NCBI GenBank assembly: GCA_964057225.1
Contig: OZ059899.1
Span: forward strand, 16,244,001-16,308,000
Reading direction: 5' to 3'
Source of the DNA: Auanema rhodensis
Taxonomy: Eukaryota; Animalia; Nematoda
Length of the DNA: 64,000 nucleotides
Numbering within the stretch: the first letter of the stretch is position 1; every line of letters begins with the position of its first letter. The position numbers were made by a program, and so were the translations under genes. Positions 47,145 through 62,100 of this stretch are shown in pieces. The notes below the pieces were generated by a model, which was not told the DNA's origin, did not search any database, and saw only the letters and a program-made list of their open reading frames with translations.

Positions 47145-50100
47145 GGCTATGGTCACCGTGTGCCCGGTGAATGTTCCTTTTTCTTAAAAATTATCAACTA
47201 AAATCAAAAATAGATAAACCGAGAATAGGTATTCAGATGTGTAGAATCTGAAATTCCGGGTTAATCTTGGCTAGGAATTCTCCTGTTACCGGAAAAACGG
47301 TTTATATCGAGATCATCCACCAGATTTGTTCACAAAAAAGTTCAGGCTATGGTCACCGTGTGCCCGGTGAATGTTCCTTTTTCTTAAAAATTATCAACTA
47401 AAATCAAAAACAGATAATCCGATAATAGGTATTCAGATGTGTAGAATCTGAAATTCCGGGTTAAATTTGGCTAGGAATTCTCCTGTTACCGGAAAAACGG
47501 TTTATATCGAGATCATCCACAAGATTTGTTCACAAAAAAGTTCAGGCTATGGTCACCGTGTGCCCGGTGAATGTTCCTTTTTCTTAAAAATTATCAACTA
47601 AAATCAAATACAGATAATCCGAGAATAGGTATTCAGATGTGTAGAATCTGAAATTCCGGGTTAAATTTGGCTAGGAATTCTCCTGTTACCGGAAAAACGG
47701 TTTATATCGAGATCATCCACAAGATTTGTTCAGAAAAAAGTTCAGGCTGTGGGCACTGTGTGCCCGGTGAATGTTCCTTTTTCTCAAAAATTATCAACTA
47801 AAATCAAAAACAGATAATCCGAGAATAGGTATTCAGATGTGTAGAATCTGAAATTCCGGGTTAAATTTGGCTAGGAAATCTCCTGTTTCCGGAAAAACGG
47901 TTTATATCGAGATCATCCACAAGATTTGTTCACAAAAAAGTTCAGGCTGTGGGCACTGTGTGCCCGGTGAATGTTCCTTTTTCTCAAAAATTATCAACTA
48001 AAATCAAAAACAGATAATCCGAGAATAGGTATTCAGATGTGTAGAATCTGAAATTCCGGGTTAAATTTGGCTAGGAATTCTCCTGTTACCGGAAAAACGG
48101 TTTATATCGAGATCATCCACAAGATTTGTTCACAAAAAAGTTCAGGCTATGGTCACCGTGTGCCCGGTGAATGTTCCTTTTTCTTAAAAATTATCAACTA
48201 AAATCAAAAACAGATAATCCGATAATAGGTATTCAGATGTGTAGAATCTGAAATTCCGGGTTAAATTTGGCTAGGAATTCTCCTGTTACCGGAAAAACGG
48301 TTTATATCGAGATCATCCACAAGATTTGTTCACAAAAAAGTTCAGGCTATGGTCACCGTGTGCCCGGTGAATGTTCCTTTTTCTTAAAAATTATCAACTA
48401 AAATCAAAAACAGATAATCCGATAATAGGTATTCAGATGTGTAGAATCTGAAATTCCGGGTTAAATTTGGCTAGGAATTCTCCTGTTACCGGAAAAACGG
48501 TTTATATCGAGATCATCCACAAGATTTGTTCACAAAAAAGTTCAGGCTATGGTCACCGTGTGCCCGGTGAATGTTCCTTTTTCTTAAAAATTATCAACTA
48601 AAATCAAAAATAGATAAACCGAGAATAGGTATTCAGATGTGTAGAATCTGAAATTCCGGGTTAAATTTGGCTAGGAATTCTCCTGTTACCGGAAAAACGG
48701 TTTATATCGAGATCATCCACAAGATTTGTTCACAAAAAAGTTCAGGCTATGGTCACCGTGTGCCCGGTGAATGTTCCTTTTTCTTAAAAATTATCAACTA
48801 AAATCAAAAACAGATAATCCGATAATAGGTATTCAGATGTGTAGAATCTGAAATTCCGGGTTAAATTTGGCTAGGAATTCTCCTGTTACCGGAAAAACGG
48901 TTTATATCGAGATCATCCACAAGATTTGTTCACAAAAAAGTTCAGGCTATGGTCACCGTGTGCCCGGTGAATGTTCCTTTTTCTTAAAAATTATCAACTA
49001 AAATCAAAAACAGATAATCCGAGAATAGGTATTCAGATGTGTAGAATCTGAAATTCCGGGTTAAATTTGGCTAGGAATTCTCCTGTTACCGGAAAAACGG
49101 TTTATATCGAGATCATCCACAAGATTTGTTCACAAAAAAGTTCAGGCTATGGTCACCGTGTGCCCGGTGAATGTTCCTTTTTCTTAAAAATTATCAACTA
49201 AAATCAAAAACAGATAATCCGATAATAGGTATTCAGATGTGTAGAATCTGAAATTCCGGGTTAAATTTGGCTAGGAATTCTCCTGTTACCGGAAAAACGG
49301 TTTATATCGAGATCATCCACAAGATTTGTTCACAAAAAAGTTCAGGCTATGGTCACCGTGTGCCCGGTGAATGTTCCTTTTTCTCAAAAATTATCAACTA
49401 AAATCAAAAATAGATAATCCGAGAATAGGTATTCAGATGTGTAGAATTTGAAATTCCGGGTTAAATTTGGCTAGGAATTGTCCTGTTTCCGGAAAAACGG
49501 TTTATATCGAGATCATCCACAAGATTTGTTCAGAAAAAAGTTCAGGCTGTGGGCACTGTGTGCCCGGTGAATGTTCCTTTTTCTCAAAAATTATCAACTA
49601 AAATCAAAAATAGATAATCCGAGAATAGGTATTCAGATGTGTAGAATTTGAAATTCCGGGTTAAATTTGGCTAGGAATTGTCCTGTTTCCGGAAAAACGG
49701 TTTATATCGAGATCATCCACAAGATTTGTTCACAAAAAAGTTCAGGCTATGGTCACCGTGTGCCCGGTGAATGTTCCTTTTTCTTAAAAATTATCAACTA
49801 AAATCAAAAACAGATAATCCGAGAATAGGTATTCAGATGTGTAGAATCTGAAATTCCGGGTTAAATTTGGCTAGGAATTGTCCTGTTTCCGGAAAAACGG
49901 TTTATATCGAGATCATCCACAAGATTTGTTCACAAAAAAGGCTGTGGGCACTGTGTGCCCGGTGAATGTTCCTTTTTCTCAAAAATTATCAACTAAAATC
50001 AAAAATAGATAATCCGAGAATAGGTATTCAGATGTGTAGAATTTGAAATTCCGGGTTAAATTTGGCTAGGAATTGTCCTGTTTCCGGAAAAACGGTTTAT

Positions 50101-53100
50101 ATCGAGATCATCCACAAGATTTGTTCACAAAAAAGTTCAGGCTATGGTCACCGTGTGCCCGGTGAATGTTCCTTTTTCTTAAAAATTATCAACTAAAATC
50201 AAAAACAGATAATCCGAGAATAGGTATTCAGATGTGTAGAATCTGAAATTCCGGGTTAAATTTGGCTAGGAATTGTCCTGTTTCCGGAAAAACGGTTTAT
50301 ATCGAGATCATCCACAAGATTTGTTCACAAAAAAGTTCAGGCTATGGTCACCGTGTGCCCGGTGAATGTTCCTTTTTCTCAAAAATTATCAACTAAAATC
50401 AAAAACAGATAATCCGAGAATAGGTATTCAGATGTGTAGAATCTGAAATTCCGGGTTAAATTTGGCTAGGAATTCTCCTGTTACCGGAAAAACGGTTTAT
50501 ATCGAGATCATCCACAAGATTTGTTCAGAAAAAAGTTCAGGCTGTGGGCACTGTGTGCCCGGTGAATGTTCCTTTTTCTCAAAAATTATCAACTAAAATC
50601 AAAAACAGATAATCCGAGAATAGGTATTCAGATGTGTAGAATCTGAAATTCCGGGTTAAATTTGGCTAGGAATTCTCCTGTTACCGGAAAAACGGTTTAT
50701 ATCGAGATCATCCACAAGATTTGTTCAGAAAAAAGTTCAGGCTATGGTCACCGTGTGCCCGGTGAATGTTCCTTTTTCTCAAAAATTATCAACTAAAATC
50801 AAAAACAGATAATCCGAGAATAGGTATTCAGATGTGTAGAATCTGAAATTCCGGGTTAAATTTGGCTAGGAATTCTCCTGTTACCGGAAAAACGGTTTAT
50901 ATCGAGATCATCCACAAGATTTGTTCACAAAAAAGTTCAGGCTATGGTCACCGTGTGCCCGGTGAATGTTCCTTTTTCTCAAAAATTATCAACTAAAATC
51001 AAAAATAGATAAACCGAGAATAGGTATTCAGATGTGTAGAATCTGAAATTCCGGGTTAAATTTGGCTAGGAATTCTCCTGTTACCGGAAAAACGGTTTAT
51101 ATCGAGATCATCCACAAGATTTGTTCACAAAAAAGTTCAGGCTATGGTCACCGTGTGCCCGGTGAATGTTCCTTTTTCTTAAAAATTATCAACTAAAATC
51201 AAAAACAGATAATCCGATAATAGGTATTCAGATGTGTAGAATCTGAAATTCCGGGTTAAATTTGGCTAGGAATTCTCCTGTTACCGGAAAAACGGTTTAT
51301 ATCGAGATCATCCACAAGATTTGTTCACAAAAAAGTTCAGGCTATGGTCACCGTGTGCCCGGTGAATGTTCCTTTTTCTTAAAAATTATCAACTAAAATC
51401 AAAAACAGATAATCCGATAATAGGTATTCAGATGTGTAGAATCTGAAATTCCGGGTTAAATTTGGCTAGGAATTCTCCTGTTACCGGAAAAACGGTTTAT
51501 ATCGAGATCATCCACAAGATTTGTTCACAAAAAAGTTCAGGCTATGGTCACCGTGTGCCCGGTGAATGTTCCTTTTTCTCAAAAATTATCAACTAAAATC
51601 AAAAATAGATAATCCGAGAATAGGTATTCAGATGTGTAGAATTTGAAATTCCGGGTTAAATTTGGCTAGGAATTCTCCTGTTACCGGAAAAACGGTTTAT
51701 ATCGAGATCATCCACAAGATTTGTTCACAAAAAAGTTCAGGCTATGGTCACCGTGTGCCCGGTGAATGTTCCTTTTTCTCAAAAATTATCAACTAAAATC
51801 AAAAATAGATAATCCGAGAATAGGTATTCAGATGTGTAGAATCTGAAATTCCGGGTTAAATTTGGCTAGGAATTCTCCTGTTACCGGAAAAACGGTTTAT
51901 ATCGAGATCATCCACAAGATTTGTTCACAAAAAAGTTCAGGCTATGGTCACCGTGTGCCCGGTGAATGTTCCTTTTTCTTAAAAATTATCAACTAAAATC
52001 AAAAACAGATAATCCGATAATAGGTATTCAGATGTGTAGAATCTGAAATTCCGGGTTAAATTTGGCTAGGAATTCTCCTGTTACCGGAAAAACGGTTTAT
52101 ATCGAGATCATCCACAAGATTTGTTCACAAAAAAGTTCAGGCTATGGTCACCGTGTGCCCGGTGAATGTTCCTTTTTCTCAAAAATTATCAACTAAAATC
52201 AAAAATAGATAATCCGAGAATAGGTATTCAGATGTGTAGAATTTGAAATTCCGGGTTAAATTTGGCTAGGAATTGTCCTGTTTCCGGAAAAACGGTTTAT
52301 ATCGAGATCATCCACAAGATTTGTTCACAAAAAAGTTCAGGCTATGGTCACCGTGTGTCCGGTGAAAGTTCCTTTTTCTCAAAAATTATCAACTAAAATC
52401 AAAAATAGATAATCCGAGAATAGGTATTCAGATGTGTAGAATTTGAAATTCCGGGTTAAATTTGGCTAGGAATTCTCCTGTTACCGGAAAAACGGTTTAT
52501 ATCGAGATCATCCACAAGATTTGTTCAGAAAAAAGTTCAGGCTATGGTCACCGTGTGCCCGGTGAATGTTCCTTTTTCTTAAAAATTATCAACTAAAATC
52601 AAAAATAGATAAACCGAGAATAGGTATTCAGATGTGTAGAATTTGAAATTCCGGGTTAAATTTGGCTAGGAATTCTCCTGTTACCGGAAAAACGGTTTAT
52701 ATCGAGATCATCCACAAGATTTGTTCACAAAAAAGTTCAGGCTATGGTCACCGTGTGCCCGGTGAATGTTCCTTTTTCTTAAAAATTATCAACTAAAATC
52801 AAAAATAGATAAACCGAGAATAGGTATTCAGATGTGTAGAATTTGAAATTCCGGGTTAAATTTGGCTAGGAATTCTCCTGTTACCGGAAAAACGGTTTAT
52901 ATCGAGATCATCCACAAGATTTGTTCAGAAAAAAGTTCAGGCTATGGTCACCGTGTGCCCGGTGAATGTTCCTTTTTCTCAAAAATTATCAACTAAAATC
53001 AAAAATAGATAAACCGAGAATAGGTATTCAGATGTGTAGAATCTGAAATTCCGGGTTAAATTTGGCTAGGAATTCTCCTGTTACCGGAAAAACGGTTTAT

Positions 53101-56100
53101 ATCGAGATCATCCACAAGATTTGTTCACAAAAAAGTTCAGGCTATGGTCACCGTGTGCCCGGTGAATGTTCCTTTTTCTTAAAAATTATCAACTAAAATC
53201 AAAAACAGATAATCCGATAATAGGTATTCAGATGTGTAGAATCTGAAATTCCGGGTTAAATTTGGCTAGGAATTCTCCTGTTACCGGAAAAACGGTTTAT
53301 ATCGAGATCATCCACAAGATTTGTTCACAAAAAAGTTCAGGCTATGGTCACCGTGTGCCCGGTGAATGTTCCTTTTTCTTAAAAATTATCAACTAAAATC
53401 AAAAACAGATAATCCGAGAATAGGTATTCAGATGTGTAGAATCTGAAATTCCGGGTTAAATTTGGCTAGGAATTCTCCTGTTACCGGAAAAACGGTTTAT
53501 ATCGAGATCATCCACAAGATTTGTTCAGAAAAAAGTTCAGGCTATGGTCACCGTGTGCCCGGTGAATGTTCCTTTTTCTTAAAAATTATCAACTAAAATC
53601 AAAAATAGATAAACCGAGAATAGGTATTCAGATGTGTAGAATCTGAAATTCCGGGTTAAATTTGGCTAGGAATTCTCCTGTTACCGGAAAAACGGTTTAT
53701 ATCGAGATCATCCACAAGATTTGTTCACAAAAAAGTTCAGGCTATGGTCACCGTGTGCCCGGTGAATGTTCCTTTTTCTCAAAAATTATCAACTAAAATC
53801 AAAAATAGATAATCCGAGAATAGGTATTCAGATGTGTAGAATTTGAAATTCCGGGTTAAATTTGGCTAGGAATTGTCCTGTTTCCGGAAAAACGGTTTAT
53901 ATCGAGATCATCCACAAGATTTGTTCACAAAAAAGTTCAGGCTATGGTCACCGTGTGTCCGGTGAAAGTTCCTTTTTCTCAAAAATTATCAACTAAAATC
54001 AAAAATAGATAATCCGAGAATAGGTATTCAGATGTGTAGAATTTGAAATTCCGGGTTAAATTTGGCTAGGAATTCTCCTGTTACCGGAAAAACGGTTTAT
54101 ATCGAGATCATCCACAAGATTTGTTCAGAAAAAAGTTCAGGCTATGGTCACCGTGTGCCCGGTGAATGTTCCTTTTTCTTAAAAATTATCAACTAAAATC
54201 AAAAATAGATAAACCGAGAATAGGTATTCAGATGTGTAGAATTTGAAATTCCGGGTTAAATTTGGCTAGGAATTCTCCTGTTACCGGAAAAACGGTTTAT
54301 ATCGAGATCATCCACAAGATTTGTTCACAAAAAAGTTCAGGCTATGGTCACCGTGTGCCCGGTGAATGTTCCTTTTTCTTAAAAATTATCAACTAAAATC
54401 AAAAATAGATAAACCGAGAATAGGTATTCAGATGTGTAGAATCTGAAATTCCGGGTTAAATTTGGCTAGGAATTCTCCTGTTACCGGAAAAACGGTTTAT
54501 ATCGAGATCATCCACAAGATTTGTTCAGAAAAAAGTTCAGGCTGTGGGCACTGTGTGCCCGGTGAATGTTCCTTTTTCTCAAAAATTATCAACTAAAATC
54601 AAAAATAGATAAACCGAGAATAGGTATTCAGATGTGTAGAATCTGAAATTCCGGGTTAAATTTGGCTAGGAATTCTCCTGTTACCGGAAAAACGGTTTAT
54701 ATCGAGATCATCCACAAGATTTGTTCAGAAAAAAGTTCAGGCTGTGGGCACTGTGTGCCCGGTGAATGTTCCTTTTTCTCAAAAATTATCAACTAAAATC
54801 AAAAATAGATAATCCGAGAATAGGTATTCAGATGTGTAGAATCTGAAATTCCGGGTTAAATTTGGCTAGGAATTCTCCTGTTACCGGAAAAACGGTTTAT
54901 ATCGAGATCATCCACAAGATTTGTTCAGAAAAAAGTTCAGGCTGTGGGCACTGTGTGCCCGGTGAATGTTCCTTTTTCTCAAAAATTATCAACTAAAATC
55001 AAAAATAGATAAACCGAGAATAGGTATTCAGATGTGTAGAATCTGAAATTCCGGGTTAAATTTGGCTAGGAATTCTCCTGTTACCGGAAAAACGGTTTAT
55101 ATCGAGATCATCCACAAGATTTGTTCACAAAAAAGTTCAGGCTATGGTCACCGTGTGCCCGGTGAATGTTCCTTTTTCTTAAAAATTATCAACTAAAATC
55201 AAAAACAGATAATCCGATAATAGGTATTCAGATGTGTAGAATCTGAAATTCCGGGTTAAATTTGGCTAGGAATTCTCCTGTTACCGGAAAAACGGTTTAT
55301 ATCGAGATCATCCACAAGATTTGTTCAGAAAAAAGTTCAGGCTGTGGGCACTGTGTGCCCGGTGAATGTTCCTTTTTCTTAAAAATTATCAACTAAAATC
55401 AAAAACAGATAATCCGAGAATAGGTATTCAGATGTGTAGAATCTGAAATTCCGGGTTAAATTTGGCTAGGAATTCTCCTGTTACCGGAAAAACGGTTTAT
55501 ATCGAGATCATCCACAAGATTTGTTCACAAAAAAGTTCAGGCTATGGTCACCGTGTGCCCGGTGAATGTTCCTTTTTCTTAAAAATTATCAACTAAAATC
55601 AAAAACAGATAATCCGATAATAGGTATTCAGATGTGTAGAATCTGAAATTCCGGGTTAAATTTGGCTAGGAATTCTCCTGTTACCGGAAAAACGGTTTAT
55701 ATCGAGATCATCCACAAGATTTGTTCACAAAAAAGTTCAGGCTATGGTCACCGTGTGCCCGGTGAATGTTCCTTTTTCTCAAAAATTATCAACTAAAATC
55801 AAAAATAGATAATCCGAGAATAGGTATTCAGATGTGTAGAATTTGAAATTCCGGGTTAAATTTGGCTAGGAATTGTCCTGTTTCCGGAAAAACGGTTTAT
55901 ATCGAGATCATCCACAAGATTTGTTCAGAAAAAAGTTCAGGCTGTGGGCACTGTGTGCCCGGTGAATGTTCCTTTTTCTCAAAAATTATCAACTAAAATC
56001 AAAAACAGATAATCCGAGAATAGGTATTCAGATGTGTAGAATCTGAAATTCCGGGTTAAATTTGGCTAGGAATTCTCCTGTTACCGGAAAAACGGTTTAT

Positions 56101-59100
56101 ATCGAGATCATCCACAAGATTTGTTCAGAAAAAAGTTCAGGCTGTGGGCACTGTGTGCCCGGTGAATGTTCCTTTTTCTCAAAAATTATCAACTAAAATC
56201 AAAAATAGATAATCCGAGAATAGGTATTCAGATGTGTAGAATCTGAAATTCCGGGTTAAATTTGGCTAGGAATTCTCCTGTTACCGGAAAAACGGTTTAT
56301 ATCGAGATCATCCACAAGATTTGTTCAGAAAAAAGTTCAGGCTGTGGGCACTGTGTGCCCGGTGAATGTTCCTTTTTCTCAAAAATTATCAACTAAAATC
56401 AAAAATAGATAATCCGAGAATAGGTATTCAGATGTGTAGAATCTGAAATTCCGGGTTAAATTTGGCTAGGAATTCTCCTGTTACCGGAAAAACGGTTTAT
56501 ATCGAGATCATCCACAAGATTTGTTCAGAAAAAAGTTCAGGCTGTGGGCACTGTGTGCCCGGTGAATGTTCCTTTTTCTCAAAAATTATCAACTAAAATC
56601 AAAAATAGATAAACCGAGAATAGGTATTCAGATGTGTAGAATCTGAAATTCCGGGTTAAATTTGGCTAGGAATTCTCCTGTTACCGGAAAAACGGTTTAT
56701 ATCGAGATCATCCACAAGATTTGTTCACAAAAAAGTTCAGGCTATGGTCACCGTGTGCCCGGTGAATGTTCCTTTTTCTTAAAAATTATCAACTAAAATC
56801 AAAAACAGATAATCCGAGAATAGGTATTCAGATGTGTAGAATCTGAAATTCCGGGTTAAATTTGGCTAGGAATTCTCCTGTTACCGGAAAAACGGTTTAT
56901 ATCGAGATCATCCACAAGATTTGTTCACAAAAAAGTTCAGGCTATGGTCACCGTGTGCCCGGTGAATGTTCCTTTTTCTTAAAAATTATCAACTAAAATC
57001 AAAAACAGATAATCCGATAATAGGTATTCAGATGTGTAGAATCTGAAATTCCGGGTTAAATTTGGCTAGGAATTCTCCTGTTACCGGAAAAACGGTTTAT
57101 ATCGAGATCATCCACAAGATTTGTTCACAAAAAAGTTCAGGCTATGGTCACCGTGTGCCCGGTGAATGTTCCTTTTTCTCAAAAATTATCAACTAAAATC
57201 AAAAATAGATAATCCGAGAATAGGTATTCAGATATGTAGAATTTGAAATTCCGGGTTAAATTTGGCTAGGAATTGTCCTGTTTCCGGAAAAACGGTTTAT
57301 ATCGAGATCATCCACAAGATTTGTTCACAAAAAAGTTCAGGCTATGGTCACCGTGTGCCCGGTGAATGTTCCTTTTTCTCAAAAATTATCAACTAAAATC
57401 AAAAACAGATAATCCGAGAATAGGTATTCAGATGTGTAGAATCTGAAATTCCGGGTTAAATTTGGCTAGGAATTCTCCTGTTACCGGAAAAACGGTTTAT
57501 ATCGAGATCATCCACAAGATTTGTTCAGAAAAAAGTTCAAGCTATGGTCACCGTGTGTCCGGTGAAAGTTCCTTTTTCTCAAAAATTATCAACTAAAATC
57601 AAAAATAGATAATCCGAGAATAGGTATTCAGATGTGTAGAATTGGAAATTCCGGGTTAAATTTGGCTAGGAATTGTCCTGTTTCCGGAAAAACGGTTTAT
57701 ATCGAGATCATCCACAAGATTTGTTCACAAAAAAGTTCAAGCTATGGTCACCGTGTGTCCGGTGAAAGTTCCTTTTTCTCAAAAATTATCAACTAAAATC
57801 AAAAATAGATAATCCGAGAATAGGTATTCAGATGTGTAGAATTTGAAATTCCGGGTTAAATTAGGCTGTGACTTCTTACTTTTCCGGAAAAACGGTTTAT
57901 ATCGAGATCGTCCGCAAGATTTGTTCACAAAAAAGTTCAAGCTATGGTCACCGTGTGTCCGGTGAAAGTTCCTTTTTCTCAAAAATTATCAACTAAAATC
58001 AAAAATAGATAATCCGAGAATAGGTATTCAGATGTGTAGAATTTGAAATTCCGGGTTAAATTAGGCTGTGACTTCTTACTTTTCCGGAAAAACGGTTTAT
58101 ATCGAGATCATCCACAAGATTTGTTCACAAAAAAGTTCAAGCTATGGTCACCGTGTGTCCGGTGAAAGTTCCTTTTTCTCAAAAATTATCAACTAAAATC
58201 AAAAATAGATAATCCGAGAATAGGTATTCAGATGTGTAGAATTGGAAATTCCGGGTTAAATTTGGCTAGGAATTCTCCTGTTTCCGGAAAAACGGTTTAT
58301 ATCGAGATCGTCCGCAAGATTTGTTCACAAAAAAGTTCAGGCTATGGTCACCGTGTGTCCGGTGAAAGTTCCTTTTTCTCAAAAATTATCAACTAAAATC
58401 AAAAATAGATAATCCGAGAATAGGTATTCAGATGTGTAGAATTTGAAATTCCGGGTTAAATTAGGCTGTGACTTCTTACTTTTCCGGAAAAACGGTTTAT
58501 ATCGAGATCGTCCGCAAGATTTGTTCACAAAAAAGTTCAGGCTATGGTCACCGTGTGTCCGGTGAAAGTTCCTTTTTCTCAAAAATTATCAACTAAAATC
58601 AAAAATAGATAATCCGAGAATAGGTATTCAGATGTGTAGAATTGGAAATTCCGGGTTAAATTTGGCTAGGAATTGTCCTGTTTCCGGAAAAACGGTTTAT
58701 ATCGAGATCATCCACAAGATTTGTTCACAAAAAAGTTCAGGCTATGGTCACCGTGTGCCCGGTGAATGTTCCTTTTTCTCAAAAATTATCAACTAAAATC
58801 AAAAACAGATAATCCGAGAATAGGTATTCAGATGTGTAGAATCTGAAATTCCGGGTTAAATTTGGCTAGGAATTCTCCTGTTACCGGAAAAACGGTTTAT
58901 ATCGAGATCATCCACAAGATTTGTTCAGAAAAAAGTTCAGGCTGTGGGCACTGTGTGCCCGGTGAATGTTCCTTTTTCTCAAAAATTATCAACTAAAATC
59001 AAAAATAGATAATCCGAGAATAGGTATTCAGATGTGTAGAATTTGAAATTCCGGGTTAAATTTGGCTAGGAATTGTCCTGTTTCCGGAAAAACGGTTTAT

Positions 59101-62100
59101 ATCGAGATCATCCACAAGATTTGTTCACAAAAAAGTTCAAGCTATGGTCACCGTGTGTCCGGTGAAAGTTCCTTTTTCTCAAAAATTATCAACTAAAATC
59201 AAAAATAGATAATCCGAGAATAGGTATTCAGATGTGTAGAATTTGAAATTCCGGGTTAAATTAGGCTGTGACTTCTTACTTTTCCGGAAAAACGGTTTAT
59301 ATCGAGATCGTCCGCAAGATTTGTTCACAAAAAAGTTCAGGCTATGGTCACCGTGTGTCCGGTGAAAGTTCCTTTTTCTCAAAAATTATCAACTAAAATC
59401 AAAAATAGATAATCCGAGAATAGGTATTCAGATGTGTAGAATTGGAAATTCCGGGTTAAATTTGGCTAGGAATTCTCCTGTTTCCGGAAAAACGGTTTAT
59501 ATCGAGATCGTCCGCAAGATTTGTTCACAAAAAAGTTCAGGCTATGGTCACCGTGTGTCCGGTGAAAGTTCCTTTTTCTCAAAAATTATCAACTAAAATC
59601 AAAAATAGATAATCCGAGAATAGGTATTCAGATGTGTAGAATTTGAAATTCCGGGTTAAATTAGGCTGTGACTTCTTACTTTTCCGGAAAAACGGTTTAT
59701 ATCGAGATCGTCCGCAAGATTTGTTCACAAAAAAGTTCAGGCTATGGTCACCGTGTGTCCGGTGAAAGTTCCTTTTTCTCAAAAATTATCAACTAAAATC
59801 AAAAATAGATAATCCGAGAATAGGTATTCAGATGTGTAGAATTTGAAATTCCGGGTTAAATTTGGCTAGGAATTCTCCTGTTTCCGGAAAAACGGTTTAT
59901 ATCGAGATCGTCCACAAGATTTGTTCACAAAAAAGTTCAGGCTATGGTCACCGTGTGTCCGGTGAAAGTTCCTTTTTCTCAAAAATTATCAACTAAAATC
60001 AAAAATAGATAATCCGAGAATAGGTATTCAGATGTGTAGAATCTGAAATTCCGGGTTAAATTTGGCTAGGAATTCTCCTGTTACCGGAAAAACGGTTTAT
60101 ATCGAGATCATCCACAAGATTTGTTCAGAAAAAAGTTCAGGCTGTGGGCACTGTGTGCCCGGTGAATGTTCCTTTTTCTCAAAAATTATCAACTAAAATC
60201 AAAAATAGATAATCCGAGAATAGGTATTCAGATGTGTAGAATCTGAAATTCCGGGTTAAATTTGGCTAGGAATTGTCCTGTTTCCGGAAAAACGGTTTAT
60301 ATCGAGATCATCCACAAGATTTGTTCACAAAAAAGTTCAGGCTATGGTCACCGTGTGTCCGGTGAAAGTTCCTTTTTCTCAAAAATTATCAACTAAAATC
60401 AAAAATAGATAATCCGAGAATAGGTATTCAGATGTGTAGAATTTGAAATTCCGGGTTAAATTAGGCTGTGACTTCTTACTTTTCCGGAAAAACGGTTTAT
60501 ATCGAGATCGTCCGCAAGATTTGTTCACAAAAAAGTTCAGGCTATGGTCACCGTGTGTCCGGTGAAAGTTCCTTTTTCTCAAAAATTATCAACTAAAATC
60601 AAAAATAGATAATCCGAGAATAGGTATTCAGATGTGTAGAATTGGAAATTCCGGGTTAAATTTGGCTAGGAATTCTCCTGTTTCCGGAAAAACGGTTTAT
60701 ATCGAGATCATCCACAAGATTTGTTCACAAAAAAGTTCAGGCTGTGGGCACTGTGTGTCCGGTGAAAGTTCCTTTTTCTCAAAAACTATCAACTAAAATC
60801 AAAAATAGATAATCCGAGAATAGGTATTCAGATGTGTAGAATTGGAAATTCCGGGTTAAATTTGGCTAGGAATTCTCCTGTTTCCGGAAAAACGGTTTAT
60901 ATCGAGATCGTCCGCAAGATTTGTTCACAAAAAAGTTCAGGCTGTGGGCACTGTGTGTCCGGTGAATATTCCTTTTTCTCAAAAATTATCAACTAAACTC
61001 AAAAATAGATAATCCGAGAATAGGTATTCAGATGTGTAGAATCTGAAATTCCGGGTTAATCTTGGCTAGGAATTCTCCTGTTTCCGGAAAAACGGTTTAT
61101 ATCGAGATCGTCCGCAAGATTTGTTCACAAAAAAGTTCAGGCTGTGGGCACTGTGTGTCCGGTGAATATTCCTTTTTCTCAAAAATTATCAACTAAACTC
61201 AAAAATAGATAATCCGAGAATAGGTATTCAGATGTGTAGAATCTGAAATTCCGGGTTAATCTTGGCTAGGAATTCTCCTGTTTCCGGAAAAACGGTTTAT
61301 ATCGAGATCATCCACAAGATTTGTTCACAAAAAAGTTCAGGCTGTGGGCACTGTGTGTCCGGTGAAAGTTCCTTTTTCTCAAAAACTATCAACTAAAATC
61401 AAAAATAGATAATCCGAGAATAGGTATTCAGATGTGTAGAATTGGAAATTCCGGGTTAAATTTGGCTAGGAATTCTCCTGTTTCCGGAAAAACGGTTTAT
61501 ATCGAGATCGTCCGCAAGATTTGTTCACAAAAAAGTTCAGGCTGTGGGCACTGTGTGTCCGGTGAAAGTTCCTTTTTCTCAAAAACTATCAACTAAAATC
61601 AAAAATAGATAATCCGAGAATAGGTATTCAGATGTGTAGAATTGGAAATTCCGGGTTAAATTTGGCTAGGAATTCTCCTGTTTCCGGAAAAACGGTTTAT
61701 ATCGAGATCATCCACAAGATTTGTTCACAAAAAAGTTCAGGCTGTGGGCACTGTGTGTCCGGTGAAAGTTCCTTTTTCTCAAAAACTATCAACTAAAATC
61801 AAAAATAGATAATCCGAGAATAGGTATTCAGATGTGTAGAATTGGAAATTCCGGGTTAAATTTGGCTAGGAATTCTCCTGTTTCCGGAAAAACGGTTTAT
61901 ATCGAGATCGTCCGCAAGATTTGTTCACAAAAAAGTTCAGGCTGTGGGCACTGTGTGTCCGGTGAATATTCCTTTTTCTCAAAAATTATCAACTAAACTC
62001 AAAAATAGATAATCCGAGAATAGGTATTCAGATGTGTAGAATCTGAAATTCCGGGTTAATCTTGGCTAGGAATTCTCCTGTTTCCGGAAAAACGGTTTAT

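Noticed and set aside
57861-57866. TTAGGC telomere hexamer in some monomers
   Set aside because: Single copies produced by one substitution of TTTGGC; no telomeric tract.
57779-60582. Repeated 67-aa ORFs (MRKRNFHRTHG…), also at 25775, 31520 and 34848
   Set aside because: Chance open frames in particular satellite variants with non-ATG starts; closed in most monomers.
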